46,456 bases of DNA from Candidatus Aerophobota bacterium (GTDB lineage Bacteria > Aerophobota > Aerophobia > Aerophobales > B3-G15), in NCBI GenBank assembly GCA_014859225.1, contig JACUUP010000001.1:1-46456 (forward strand). The letters are read 5' to 3'. This document shows, in pieces, positions 23,882-33,262 of this stretch (position 1 is its first letter; the number at the start of each line of letters is the position of its first letter). A program made the translations under genes and the position numbers. Under the pieces are notes generated by a model. That model was not told the origin of the DNA. It did no database searches and saw only the letters and a list, made by a program, of their open reading frames with translations.

Positions 23882-24751
23882 ATGCAGATGAAAAGAAAGG
23901 TCAAAATAGTAATAAAACGGTGGATAGAGGGTGGATTAGCTATTTTTTTAATTCTTTTGCTCTCTCAACCTACCTATATTATTTACTTTGACCATAGCCC
24001 CGAGGAATACATCAAATGGATTGAGAGACTATCCTCATTTTACAGCAATTACCCGAGCCTTGATGATTACTACTCCTCTCTGGAAAAGGATAGTTCTTTT
24101 TATAGATTGGTTTTAAACCAATTAAAGGATAAAGAAAAAAATTATTTTCTACAAATGAGACCCTTCATAAGTAAGATAGCAAAAGCCTCCCAGAAAACAG
24201 GTGTTCCTACACATTCTATCGCCTCTCATATAAAGCGAGAATCTCAATTTGACCCCTGGGCGGTCAGCAATAAAGGAGCATATGGACTTATGGGTATAAC
24301 GATATGGGCCTATCAGGATATATATCGGCTCCGTAGTAGGACAAAGTGGGTTGCCGAGGCACTTGAAGAATACGGAGATTTTAGCTGGGAGGAGGTTCAA
24401 TTTGACCCCGAGCTAAATATAGTAGTGGGAACTGCTTACTATAAGTTTCTCCTTAATCAATTCAAGGATACCACGTTAGCCTCCCTTGCCTACAACTGGG
24501 GTATGGGTAATGTTTATTTAATGCAGGAAAGATACGGGGATAAAGAAGGTATTTTTGCTCGCCTGGAGGACCTTGCCTCCACTCGTTCCGAGTGGGTGGA
24601 GCCTTTTGAATACCCGGAACACATATCTAACTTTAAGGCTGTTTTCCAAAAAGTAGAGGAGAGAATTAAGTTTGCTTATGCCACTTATAAAGAAATTCAT
24701 CTGGATAGTTTTGCCTCTTTAGAATCACCTGAGAAAAATCCATCCTCTTAA
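23882..24751 (+). CDS. lytic transglycosylase (SLT domain) with N-terminal anchor
   Basis: HIKRESQFDPWAVSNKGAYGLMGIT...AYNWG is the SLT catalytic motif (ES...S..GA.GLMQ...AYN.G). The ATG at 23882 avoids the overlap with the preceding permease gene. Confidence 0.75.
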   Translation: MQMKRKVKIVIKRWIEGGLAIFLILLLSQPTYIIYFDHSPEEYIKWIERLSSFYSNYPSLDDYYSSLEKDSSFYRLVLNQLKDKEKNYFLQMRPFISKIAKASQKTGVPTHSIASHIKRESQFDPWAVSNKGAYGLMGITIWAYQDIYRLRSRTKWVAEALEEYGDFSWEEVQFDPELNIVVGTAYYKFLLNQFKDTTLASLAYNWGMGNVYLMQERYGDKEGIFARLEDLASTRSEWVEPFEYPEHISNFKAVFQKVEERIKFAYATYKEIHLDSFASLESPEKNPSS

Positions 24752-24799
24752 ATAAATTTCATTCCTACTTACGGTACATCTTTCCGGGAAATGAAAGTT

Positions 24800-26215
24800 T
24801 TATGTTTTCTTGAGATTTGCTAAAACTTCAAGCTTTTTTTTATCCTGCTCATCTTGTTTATCTTCATCTTGAACCATGGGATTGAGAATTCTTTTCTTCA
24901 TTTTGGACAAGGTCTTCTTATAATAAAGGTTAAAGGCCAAAAGGAGCAAAGCGTACTTCCATCTTCCACCTGAGAATATCCCTGTTAGTCTTTTAAAAAT
25001 AGAGAAAAAGCTAAGGATATTTACATAAGCCCATGCCAACCCTTTATCCAGCTCTTTTGGACTCATTTTTTTTGGTTTAAATACTACATGACCGCAATCA
25101 TAGTTAGACCAATCCCTATCAAATATTCTATTCTCATTTTCCAGCTGCCTATGAAGCCTGGTTCCAGGTAAAGGTGTAAGAATGGAATACTGAGCACTAT
25201 CCAACCTGGTTTTATTTATAAAATCTACAGTCTCCTTAAATATACTTGCATCATGATTATCCATCCCAAATATAAAAGCCGCGTGAAGAAATATCCCAAA
25301 CCGATGGAATCTCTTTATAGCCTCCTCGTAAAACTCAACTTTGTTTTGAGTTTTGCCGACCTCTACAAGCGCATCCTTTGATACCGTCTCGAAACCTACA
25401 AAAAGTGCCTTACAGCCGCTTTTTTGTGCTAATTCTAAAAGCTCTTCATCGTAAGCTGCATTAATAGATGATTGACTCATCCACATTATTTTTAAGGGGA
25501 TAAGAGCTTTGAAAAGTTCTTTAGCATAAGCTTTATTCCCCATAATATTGTCATCAAGAAATGCAAAAAGCCGCCCCTTTAATCCTTTACCTATATGTTC
25601 CTTAATAAAATTTACAACTTGATTTACCGGGCGAAATCTTATTTTTCTACCAAAAAACTCGGTAACTGAGCAAAAAGAACAGTTGTAGGGACATCCTCTG
25701 GTAAGATGAAGAGCTTTGTCCGCAATGTATCTTTTCCCCTTTAAAATATCCCATCTGGGGAACGGTATTTTAGAAAGGTCGGGCAACTTTTCAGCTTTAT
25801 AGATTTTTTGTAAAGCTTCTTTTCCACCCTTTATAAAATCATCCATTAGCTTTTCCCATGCACCCTCAGCTTCTCCAATTACAACCGAATCGGCATGTTG
25901 AAGACCTTCCTCCGGTAAAACAGATACATGGGAGCCTCCCAGCACCACAGGAATTTTCCTATCCCTAAATTGGCGCGCAATTTCATAAGCCCGGGGAGCA
26001 GCAGATGTCATAGTGGTTATGCCTACCAGGTCAATTTTTTTATTAAAATCTATAGGTTCAACATTTTCATCCGTAAGAGTTACCTCAACCCCCGCCGGAG
26101 TAACTGCAGCCACATTGAGCAATCCAAGTGGGGGAATTTTAAAAATCTTTTTCCTCTCCGCTCTCTTTGTTTGAATATTTGCCATCCATGTCGGTGCTAT
26201 TAACTCTACTCGCAT
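24800..26215 (-). CDS. B12-binding domain radical SAM protein (class B, DUF4070-type C-terminus)
   Basis: N-terminal Rossmann-like B12 domain (DLVGITTMTSAAPRAYEIARQFRDRKIPVVLGGSHVS). Radical SAM CPYNCSFC. The C-terminal FDRDWSNYD segment is followed by a hydrophobic helix. Confidence 0.8.
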   Translation of the reverse strand: MRVELIAPTWMANIQTKRAERKKIFKIPPLGLLNVAAVTPAGVEVTLTDENVEPIDFNKKIDLVGITTMTSAAPRAYEIARQFRDRKIPVVLGGSHVSVLPEEGLQHADSVVIGEAEGAWEKLMDDFIKGGKEALQKIYKAEKLPDLSKIPFPRWDILKGKRYIADKALHLTRGCPYNCSFCSVTEFFGRKIRFRPVNQVVNFIKEHIGKGLKGRLFAFLDDNIMGNKAYAKELFKALIPLKIMWMSQSSINAAYDEELLELAQKSGCKALFVGFETVSKDALVEVGKTQNKVEFYEEAIKRFHRFGIFLHAAFIFGMDNHDASIFKETVDFINKTRLDSAQYSILTPLPGTRLHRQLENENRIFDRDWSNYDCGHVVFKPKKMSPKELDKGLAWAYVNILSFFSIFKRLTGIFSGGRWKYALLLLAFNLYYKKTLSKMKKRILNPMVQDEDKQDEQDKKKLEVLANLKKT

Positions 26216-26304
26216 TTTCCCTCCTATATAGATATTGACGATAAGTCACTTTGCTCAGGTTTACTCTTTTTAAGAGCTGTAAAATCACCAAGTTGGCTGT
26301 TGCA

Positions 26305-26356
26305 ATTATAGCGTAAAGTAGCCCTCTGTCAATTTGACACGTTTGACGCGCTTGAC
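26305..26356 (-). promoter_or_regulatory. promoter of the radical SAM gene with upstream direct repeats
   Basis: On the minus strand: TTGACA (26332-26327), 16-nt spacer, TATAAT (26310-26305). Immediately upstream are three GTCAA pentamers at 9-nt spacing (plus-strand TTGAC at 26334, 26343 and 26352). The first forms the palindrome TGTCAA-T-TTGACA with the -35. Confidence 0.5.
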
Positions 26357-26397
26357 ATTTCCAATTAAAAAAGTGATAAAAGGCAAAAAAAAATAAA

Positions 26398-27252
26398 CTA
26401 TGTTAGAGATTTTAACCAATTCTTAGCCATATACGAACTCCTGACGAAGGGTGATGAGGCAACATAAAGAAAACGTAAGCTGTAGGCAACCTTCTCATAC
26501 CATTCAAAAGTTGCCGGCGGGATAAACTCTTTTACCTCAAGGTGCTCTGGCGAGGGTCTCAAGTACTGTCCTATTGTTAGAATATCACAATCCACATTTC
26601 GTAAATCTTGCATCACCTGCACCACCTCATCTTTTTTTTCTCCCAGGCCCACCATTAATCCTGATTTGGTGTAAATTTTTGGATAGATTCTCTTACACTC
26701 TTTTAAAAGCTGTAGGGAACGCTGATAATCAGCCTCTGGCCTTACCTCAGTGTATAATGCTGGAACAGTTTCCAGATTGTGGTTTAAAACAAGTGGCTTC
26801 GCTTGCAAGACCTCTTGCAGAGAAGACAGGGAACCACAAAAATCCGGTATTAAGACTTCCACAAAAGTCTTCTCTCCACATAGTTTTTTTATAGCAGTAA
26901 TAGTTCCGGCAAACTGCCTTGCTCCTCCATCCGGTAAATCATCCCTGGTTACCGAGGTTATAACTACATATCTTAAATCAAGTTTAGCTACAACCTGTGC
27001 TATTCTCTCTGGTTCCTCCATATCGGGGAAAAGAGGTTTTCCCTTTTTTACTGCACAAAAATAGCAATTCCTGGTACACACATCTCCTAAAATCATAAAA
27101 GCAGCGGTTCTTTGAGAAAAACACTCTCCAATATTGGGACATCTTGCCTCCTGGCATACCGTATGAACTGAAAAAGAATGTAAAAGATGCTCCATCTCTT
27201 CTATAACCTCAAAAGAGGACACTCTCTTGGTGAGCCAGGAAGGTAACTTCAT
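26398..27252 (-). CDS. lipA: lipoyl synthase
   Basis: CQEARCPNIGEC (auxiliary cluster) and CTRNCYFC (radical SAM cluster). C-terminal ...PFVRSSY motif. Confidence 0.9.
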   Translation of the reverse strand: MKLPSWLTKRVSSFEVIEEMEHLLHSFSVHTVCQEARCPNIGECFSQRTAAFMILGDVCTRNCYFCAVKKGKPLFPDMEEPERIAQVVAKLDLRYVVITSVTRDDLPDGGARQFAGTITAIKKLCGEKTFVEVLIPDFCGSLSSLQEVLQAKPLVLNHNLETVPALYTEVRPEADYQRSLQLLKECKRIYPKIYTKSGLMVGLGEKKDEVVQVMQDLRNVDCDILTIGQYLRPSPEHLEVKEFIPPATFEWYEKVAYSLRFLYVASSPFVRSSYMAKNWLKSLT

Positions 27253-27420
27253 TGTATTTTCCTCGGTTGATTATAAACAAAAATACCTTTTATGTCAAAA
27301 AAATCAATCAAGCTTATTTCAATTGACAATTCTGATAGATTTAGCATAATAAAGAAAATATTACCCCTCAATAAATTGATAAATGTTGAGGTGCGTGTAT
27401 AAAGGGGCGAAGGTATCAAA

Positions 27421-27825
27421 ATGTTTTACATTGAGGAGCTTTTCAGTGTAAGTTTTGAGGAAGAGGAGAAAATAAAGAACAACCCTGTGCCCTACGGTAA
27501 ACCCTGCAAAACATCGGTTGAAAAAACAAGATACGTGGGTATAGCTCGGATACGCGGAACAGAAGCTCAAGATTACAGATTGGAGCAAGTCACCATAATA
27601 ATTCTTCCAGGTAAAGATGAGGTTACGGAGGAAAAAAAGAACAGGATAACCGTGTACACTCAAGCCTTAGCAAGGAAAAGATACGCTAAAATAGTAAGGG
27701 AAGACTTTATTATTAATATTGACCCTGATATCTCTTCTCTCCTGCACGATGTTGCTTTGTGGATGCCTTTTAAATTTATGTTCCAGCGAGTGGAAGAGGC
27801 AATTGAAGATATGTTATCTTTATGA
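27421..27825 (+). CDS. hypothetical protein
   Basis: 134 aa with reasonable coding composition. A TTGACA-type promoter lies about 90 nt upstream. I recognise no motif. Confidence 0.5.
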   Translation: MFYIEELFSVSFEEEEKIKNNPVPYGKPCKTSVEKTRYVGIARIRGTEAQDYRLEQVTIIILPGKDEVTEEKKNRITVYTQALARKRYAKIVREDFIINIDPDISSLLHDVALWMPFKFMFQRVEEAIEDMLSL

Positions 27826-27869
27826 GATTAAGTTGAATTAAAGACTTCAAACAGGGGGAAAGTGAAAAA

Positions 27870-28586
27870 ATGATAAAAAAAATAGTAATTGGCCTGGTTA
27901 TATTTTTACCCTTAATGTGCGCTTCGTTTTCCTTTGCACAAATACCTGAGATTGTCCCTGATGATTGGGTCAGTATTTCGGGAAACATTGACCGGGCAAA
28001 GGCAGAAGAGGTTATACTTGCGCTCATAAATCTGGACTCCAAACCAGAAACAGCTCCCATTGGAATAAGAATCTCTTCTCCCGGTGGGTCTTTAATGCCG
28101 GTTATGGCAATATGCGATGTGATAAGAAATTTACGCCGCCCTGTAATAACTCTCGCTTTAGGTGAGGCATTCTCAGGGGCTGCAATAATCTTAACTGCAG
28201 GTGATAAAAGATTTATAGGTGAGCACACTATGGTAATGCTGCATCAACCTGCCATTATTTTTGACAGATGGAGCTCCAGCTTTGAAGACCTCAGAGAGTT
28301 TGCCTCAGTTTTAACCAAAATAGAAGACCAGATGTATAACCTGTTAGCCAAAAATACAGGAAAATCTATTGAAGAGATAAAACAGATGTTGAAAAAAGAG
28401 GTATGGTTTACGGCTACAGAAGCAATAGATTTTGGACTGGCTGATGAAATTTTAAGTCAAGAAGTTTTAAGGATAAAAATAAAAGAGGAGCCTGCCACCC
28501 CACCACCAATAGAAGAAGAGGGGGAAGATGAATGTGAAAGCCCCCCACCCACTCAATCTTACCAGAATGTTGAGATAAGTAGCTAA
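27870..28586 (+). CDS. ClpP-fold (S14-like) serine peptidase with N-terminal signal peptide
   Basis: ISSPGGSLMPVMAICDVIRNLRRPVITLALGEAFSGAAIILTAGDKRFIGEHTMVMLHQP aligns with the ClpP core (INSPGGSV..G.AIYDTM......V.T...G.AAS.GA.LL..G.....R......IMIHQP). The Ser and His are present. The N-terminus MIKKIVIGLVIFLPLMCASFSFAQ looks like a Sec signal. The tail is acidic and Pro-rich. Confidence 0.7.
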   Translation: MIKKIVIGLVIFLPLMCASFSFAQIPEIVPDDWVSISGNIDRAKAEEVILALINLDSKPETAPIGIRISSPGGSLMPVMAICDVIRNLRRPVITLALGEAFSGAAIILTAGDKRFIGEHTMVMLHQPAIIFDRWSSSFEDLREFASVLTKIEDQMYNLLAKNTGKSIEEIKQMLKKEVWFTATEAIDFGLADEILSQEVLRIKIKEEPATPPPIEEEGEDECESPPPTQSYQNVEISS

Positions 28587-28698
28587 CCTAAACTTGTTTG
28601 CCGTCTCAAAAAATTTTTCAGAGGTCTGGAGCACCTTATTTGACATAAAGCTATGATACAGGTATCTTTTATAAAGATTTTGTTTTAAGGAGCGCAAG

Positions 28699-29313
28699 TT
28701 GCCCCTTTTTTTGCTTACAGTTGCCCTTATCTCCCTATCAGGAGTAATGATGCCAGGACCTGTCCTTGCTGCCACCATAGCGAAGAGCGGAGGGTCAAAA
28801 TTCGCCGGCTCTTATATTGCCCTTGGCCACGGACTGGTGGAATTTCCTCTTATGTTTGCCATTTATTTTGGACTTTATAATTTTTTTCAAAACAATTTAA
28901 TTAAAATCACGCTTGGACTGGTGGGGGGAGTTGTGTTAATCTATATGGGAAAAGGCATATTTAATTTGAAGAAGGAAGCAGAAATTACTATTAAAGATAA
29001 TAATACCTCCACCTCTACGCTAACTGGAGCCATTACCAGTATGCTAAATCCTTACTTTATTCTCTGGTGGGTAACGGTGGGGACTGCTTTAATTATGAGA
29101 AGCGCACTTTTCGGTCTTTTAGGGCTTATTCTTTTTGGAGTTGTTCACTGGTTATGTGACTTCATATGGTATTCATCAGTCTCCTACGGAGTTTATCGCT
29201 CGGGTGAAATCTGGGGTAAAAAAGTTCAAATTGTCCTGCTCGGGATATCCAGTCTGCTGTTAATTGGCTTTGGGACATGGTTTATTATCTCATCATTTAA
29301 ATGGATAACCTAA
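28699..29313 (+). CDS. LysE family translocator
   Basis: 204 aa with 5-6 TM segments. The N-terminal ...SGVMMPGPV... matches the LysE/RhtB PGP motif. TTG start with AAGGAG 7 nt upstream. Confidence 0.7.
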   Translation: MPLFLLTVALISLSGVMMPGPVLAATIAKSGGSKFAGSYIALGHGLVEFPLMFAIYFGLYNFFQNNLIKITLGLVGGVVLIYMGKGIFNLKKEAEITIKDNNTSTSTLTGAITSMLNPYFILWWVTVGTALIMRSALFGLLGLILFGVVHWLCDFIWYSSVSYGVYRSGEIWGKKVQIVLLGISSLLLIGFGTWFIISSFKWIT

Positions 29314-29314
29314 T

Positions 29315-30298
29315 ATGCGTATATCTTTCTTAATCTTCTTTGCCTCTTTTTTGGTCACCATTTTAATAATGCCGAATGCTATTTCTTTATTAAGAAAAGC
29401 AGGCATAGTGGGTAAAGACGTCAATAAACCCGGTCAACCAGAGGTGGCTGAAATGGGTGGATTAATTATGGTTGCCGGATTCGCCGCAGGGGTTATCCTG
29501 GCAATTGCTTTAGAGACTTTTTTTTCTCGCTCCATAGATCTGGACTTTGTGCACACCTTTGCCATATTATCTACTGTGCTTATGATTGCACTCATAGGAA
29601 TAATAGATGATTTAATCCTGGTACCCAAATCTATAAAAGCTATTACACCACTTTTTGCTTCCTTTCCTCTTTTAGCGATTAAAGCAGGATACACAACTAT
29701 GAGCATCCCTTTTGTAGGAACGGTTAATTTTGGAATTTTATATCCCATACTGCTTCTTCCACTGGGAATCACCGGCGCAGCTAATGCGGTTAATATGCTG
29801 GCTGGATTTAATGGTCTGGAGGCAGGAATGGGAATGGTTGCTATTGCCTCTTTGAGTATCATTGCCTATATAACTGGCGCAGCAACATCGTTTATAATTC
29901 TTATATCTGCACTGGGAGCACTCATTGCTACATTCTGCTTCAACTGGTATCCAGCTAAAGTGCTCATTGGAGATGTTGGAACTTTAAGTATAGGAGCTAT
30001 TATTGCCTCAGCCATTATCATAGGTAGCTTTGAGCTTGCAGGAGCAATAATAATCATCCCTTATTTTGCTGATTTTATGATAAAAATTTTTCATGGTTTT
30101 CCCAGTAAAGGATGGGGAGGAAACTACTATAAAGGAAAGCTCTACTGCCCCTCCCATGGTCCGGTAAGCCTGTGTCAGCTCATTATGAAAATATCAAAAG
30201 GGATAAGTGAAAAACATTTATCCTTAAGCTTAATCCTGATAGAGCTTGTGCTTGGGGTTGTAGCTATACTTTATTATCTTAGCGTATGGAAATTTTAA
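29315..30298 (+). CDS. glycosyltransferase family 4 (MraY/WecA/AglH-like) polyprenyl-phosphate HexNAc-1-P transferase
   Basis: Polytopic. IIDDL (the DD motif), NAVNMLAGFNGLEAG and LIGDVGTLSIG are characteristic. Confidence 0.75.
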   Translation: MRISFLIFFASFLVTILIMPNAISLLRKAGIVGKDVNKPGQPEVAEMGGLIMVAGFAAGVILAIALETFFSRSIDLDFVHTFAILSTVLMIALIGIIDDLILVPKSIKAITPLFASFPLLAIKAGYTTMSIPFVGTVNFGILYPILLLPLGITGAANAVNMLAGFNGLEAGMGMVAIASLSIIAYITGAATSFIILISALGALIATFCFNWYPAKVLIGDVGTLSIGAIIASAIIIGSFELAGAIIIIPYFADFMIKIFHGFPSKGWGGNYYKGKLYCPSHGPVSLCQLIMKISKGISEKHLSLSLILIELVLGVVAILYYLSVWKF

Positions 30299-30317
30299 CC
30301 TTAAAAAGGGGAAACTT

Positions 30318-31571
30318 ATGAATCAAACAATCGCTGAAAAAATCATCTCCGCCCACTGTGACAGAAAGGTTAAACAGGGGGACATAGTAATTGCTGACGT
30401 TGACTTTGCCATAGCTCAGGATGGCACAGCGCCTCTTGCCATAGATGTGTTTAGAAAGATGGGACAAAAAAAGGTATTCTCCATGGAAAAAATCGCTTTT
30501 TTTGTAGACCACAGCGCCCCCCCTCCAGGTAAAGACATATCCACTCTGCATAAACTAATGCGTGATTTTGTCAGGGAGCAGGGTATTTATTTTTACGATG
30601 TAGGCTCGGGAATCTGTCACGTTGTCACCACAGAAGAAGGACATGTAAGACCAGGATATCTGGTGGTAGGAGCAGATTCTCACACCTGCACCTACGGTGC
30701 CCTTAATTCATTTGCCACAGGGGTTGGCTCAACAGACCTTGCCGCTGTTATGGCATCGGGCAAAATATGGCTGAGAGTTCCCGAAAGCATCAAAATCATA
30801 CTCTCTGGAAAAATCCCCCCCGGGGTATACTCCAAGGATATAATCTTATACTCAATGGGAAAAGTTGGCTCGTGGGGAGCTGTTTATAAATCTATTGAAT
30901 TTGAGGGCGAAGTTATTAAAAGTTTATCTGTGGAATCAAGATTCACCATAGCTAATATGGCGGTGGAAATGGGAGCAAAAACTGGCTTGATGCAGGTTGA
31001 TGAAAAGACAAGAAAATGGCTAAAGGATAAAGTAAAAGGTGAGATTAATCCAATTTTTCCTGATTCTGGAGCCTCCTACACCAAAATTCTAAAATATGAT
31101 ATCTCTCACATCACGCCCCAGATAGCCTGCCCCCATAGTGTAGACAATACTCACCCCATTGAGAATGTTGAAGGAACTCCTGTTCAACAAGCTTTTATAG
31201 GCACCTGTACCAATGGAAGGCTGGAGGACCTTAAGATTGCCGCCTCTATCTTAAAGGGAAGAAAAGTTAATCCTGAGCTAAGACTAATCATCGCTCCTGC
31301 TTCAAGGAAAGTATACCTGGATGCCTTAAGAGAGGGTATAATATCACAGCTAATAGAGGCAGGCGCAACAGTTGTGTCACCAGGATGTGCATGTTGCGTG
31401 GGAACACACAGCGGTATCCCTGCCGATGGAGAAAATGTCATCTCCACCGCTAATCGTAACTTTAAGGGCAGAATGGGGAATCCAGATGCTTTTATATACC
31501 TTGCCTCACCCGCAACAGTGGCTGCCTCTTCTATAGAAGGAAAAATTACCGACCCCAGAAGATATATATAA
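30318..31571 (+). CDS. leuC: aconitase-family dehydratase large subunit (3-isopropylmalate dehydratase/homoaconitase, short archaeal type)
   Basis: 417 aa. VGADSHTCTYGA, GTCTNGR and SPGCACCVG provide the three cluster Cys. Followed by the small subunit. Confidence 0.8.
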   Translation: MNQTIAEKIISAHCDRKVKQGDIVIADVDFAIAQDGTAPLAIDVFRKMGQKKVFSMEKIAFFVDHSAPPPGKDISTLHKLMRDFVREQGIYFYDVGSGICHVVTTEEGHVRPGYLVVGADSHTCTYGALNSFATGVGSTDLAAVMASGKIWLRVPESIKIILSGKIPPGVYSKDIILYSMGKVGSWGAVYKSIEFEGEVIKSLSVESRFTIANMAVEMGAKTGLMQVDEKTRKWLKDKVKGEINPIFPDSGASYTKILKYDISHITPQIACPHSVDNTHPIENVEGTPVQQAFIGTCTNGRLEDLKIAASILKGRKVNPELRLIIAPASRKVYLDALREGIISQLIEAGATVVSPGCACCVGTHSGIPADGENVISTANRNFKGRMGNPDAFIYLASPATVAASSIEGKITDPRRYI

Positions 31572-31585
31572 CAGGAGATACATAA

Positions 31586-32098
31586 ATGAGAGGAAAACTT
31601 CTAAAAGGAAAGGTGCATAAATTGGGAGATAACATAAATACCGATTACATCATCTCGGGTAGATATAAATTTAAAACGCTTGATAATGTAGAGCTTGCTA
31701 AACACCTTCTGGAGGATATCCATCCCAATTTCTACCAGAAAGTCTCCCCGGGTGATTTTATTGTAGCAGGTGAAAACTTTGGATGTGGCTCATCAAGAGA
31801 ACAGGCTCCCTTAGCTATTAAATATGCTGGAATCGGAGCGGTGCTGGCTAAATCCTTTGCACGCTTATTTTACCGTAATGCTATAAATGTTGGACTTCCC
31901 ATAATCATAAGCAATACTGACAGGATTAAAGAAAATGACACTATTTTAGTTGACCTTGCTAAAGGAAATATCAGTATTCCTGAACAAGGCATAAACCTAT
32001 CCATAGAGCCTTTCCCTCCCGAGATACTTAAAATAATTGAAGCAGGAGGACTGGTAGAGTATTTCAAAAAGTATGGAGGCTGGCCCCTCTCGCTTTGA
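31586..32098 (+). CDS. leuD: aconitase-family dehydratase small subunit (LeuD/HacB type)
   Basis: 170 aa. [14 protein letters not shown]...[15 protein letters not shown] is the swivel-domain motif. Confidence 0.8.
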   Translation: MRGKLLKGKVHKLGDNINTDYIISGRYKFKTLDNVELAKHLLEDIHPNFYQKVSPGDFIVAGENFGCGSSREQAPLAIKYAGIGAVLAKSFARLFYRNAINVGLPIIISNTDRIKENDTILVDLAKGNISIPEQGINLSIEPFPPEILKIIEAGGLVEYFKKYGGWPLSL

Positions 32099-32182
32099 AA
32101 GAGAGCTCTCTTTAAAATCTTCATTGACAAAGGTAGCTTTTTTGTTTATTATTTTTAACGAATAAGAGAAGGAGAAGATAAG

Positions 32183-33262
32183 ATGGCTACGGGTCTCATC
32201 ATGGCAGGAGGATTTGGCAAAAGACTATGGCCAGAGAGCAAACTTAACCATCCCAAACAATTCTTAGCAATCAAAGAAAAAAAGAGCCTCATTCAGTTGG
32301 CGTATCAAAGATGCATCAATCTCTTTGGAGCTGAAAATACATTTATTATAACCCGCCAGGAGCTTAAAGAAAAAATTCTCTCTCATATACCCTCAGTTTC
32401 TTCTGAGCAAATAATACCTGAACCCGTGGGAAGAGATACAGCTGCCTGTATCGGCTTTGGTGCTATTTACATAAAAAGAATAAGGGGAGATAGTCCTGTG
32501 GTTGTCCTTCCATCTGACCATTTAATTGAGGATAAAGGAAAATTTAATGAAATTATGAAGGCTGCAACTAAGTTTGCACAAAAAGGATACCTTGTAACTG
32601 TTGGTATTAAACCTACAAGAGCTGAAACAGGATATGGGTATCTTCAGATAGCCAATAAAATAGAAGATTTTAATCACATTTCCTGTTACAAATTAGAAAG
32701 GTTTACGGAAAAACCCTCCCAGGCAAAAGCAAAAAGTTTTGTTGAAAGTGGAAATTTTCTCTGGAATGCAGGCATATTTGCCTGGCGTCCCAGTGTAATA
32801 CTAAAAGAGATAAAAAAGTACCTTCCACCTCTTCACCAAGGCCTGGAAAAAATAAAAATGGCTCTGGGAAAAGATGAGGAGGAAGAAACTATAAAAAAAG
32901 TTTATCCTCATCTTCCCAAAATATCTATTGATTATGGGGTAATGGAAAAAACCAAAAAGGCGGTAGTAATTCCTGCAGAATTTGCCTGGGATGATATTGG
33001 TGAATGGCGAGCCCTGGAAAGAGTATTTCCTGAGAATCAAAAAGGCAACATTATTCAGGGACTGGTAAAGGAATTGGGAGTGGAAGATTGCATTCTGGTA
33101 AACAGAGAAGAAAAAATGTTAGGAGTTATAGGGATTTCCAATGTAATTGTTGTAAACTGCAAAGGAGGGCTTCTTCTGGTAAATAGGGAGTTTTCCTTCA
33201 GAGTGAAAGAGCTGGTAGATGAGCTTCTTCAGGATGAAAAATTGAGAAAATATGCAGAGTGA
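32183..33262 (+). CDS. mannose-1-phosphate guanylyltransferase (no PMI cupin domain)
   Basis: IMAGGFGKRLWPES...PKQFL, EPVGRDTAACIG, PSDHLI, GYGY and WNAGIFAW are typical NTP-transferase/ManC motifs. Confidence 0.75.
   Translation: MATGLIMAGGFGKRLWPESKLNHPKQFLAIKEKKSLIQLAYQRCINLFGAENTFIITRQELKEKILSHIPSVSSEQIIPEPVGRDTAACIGFGAIYIKRIRGDSPVVVLPSDHLIEDKGKFNEIMKAATKFAQKGYLVTVGIKPTRAETGYGYLQIANKIEDFNHISCYKLERFTEKPSQAKAKSFVESGNFLWNAGIFAWRPSVILKEIKKYLPPLHQGLEKIKMALGKDEEEETIKKVYPHLPKISIDYGVMEKTKKAVVIPAEFAWDDIGEWRALERVFPENQKGNIIQGLVKELGVEDCILVNREEKMLGVIGISNVIVVNCKGGLLLVNREFSFRVKELVDELLQDEKLRKYAE

Noticed and set aside
27361-27663. 100-aa minus ORF opposite the 27421-27825 gene
   Set aside because: Its composition is Phe/Leu/Cys/Tyr-rich, it has no RBS, and it runs into the divergent promoter region. 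The plus-strand ORF has the better coding look, although it is itself only a hypothetical.
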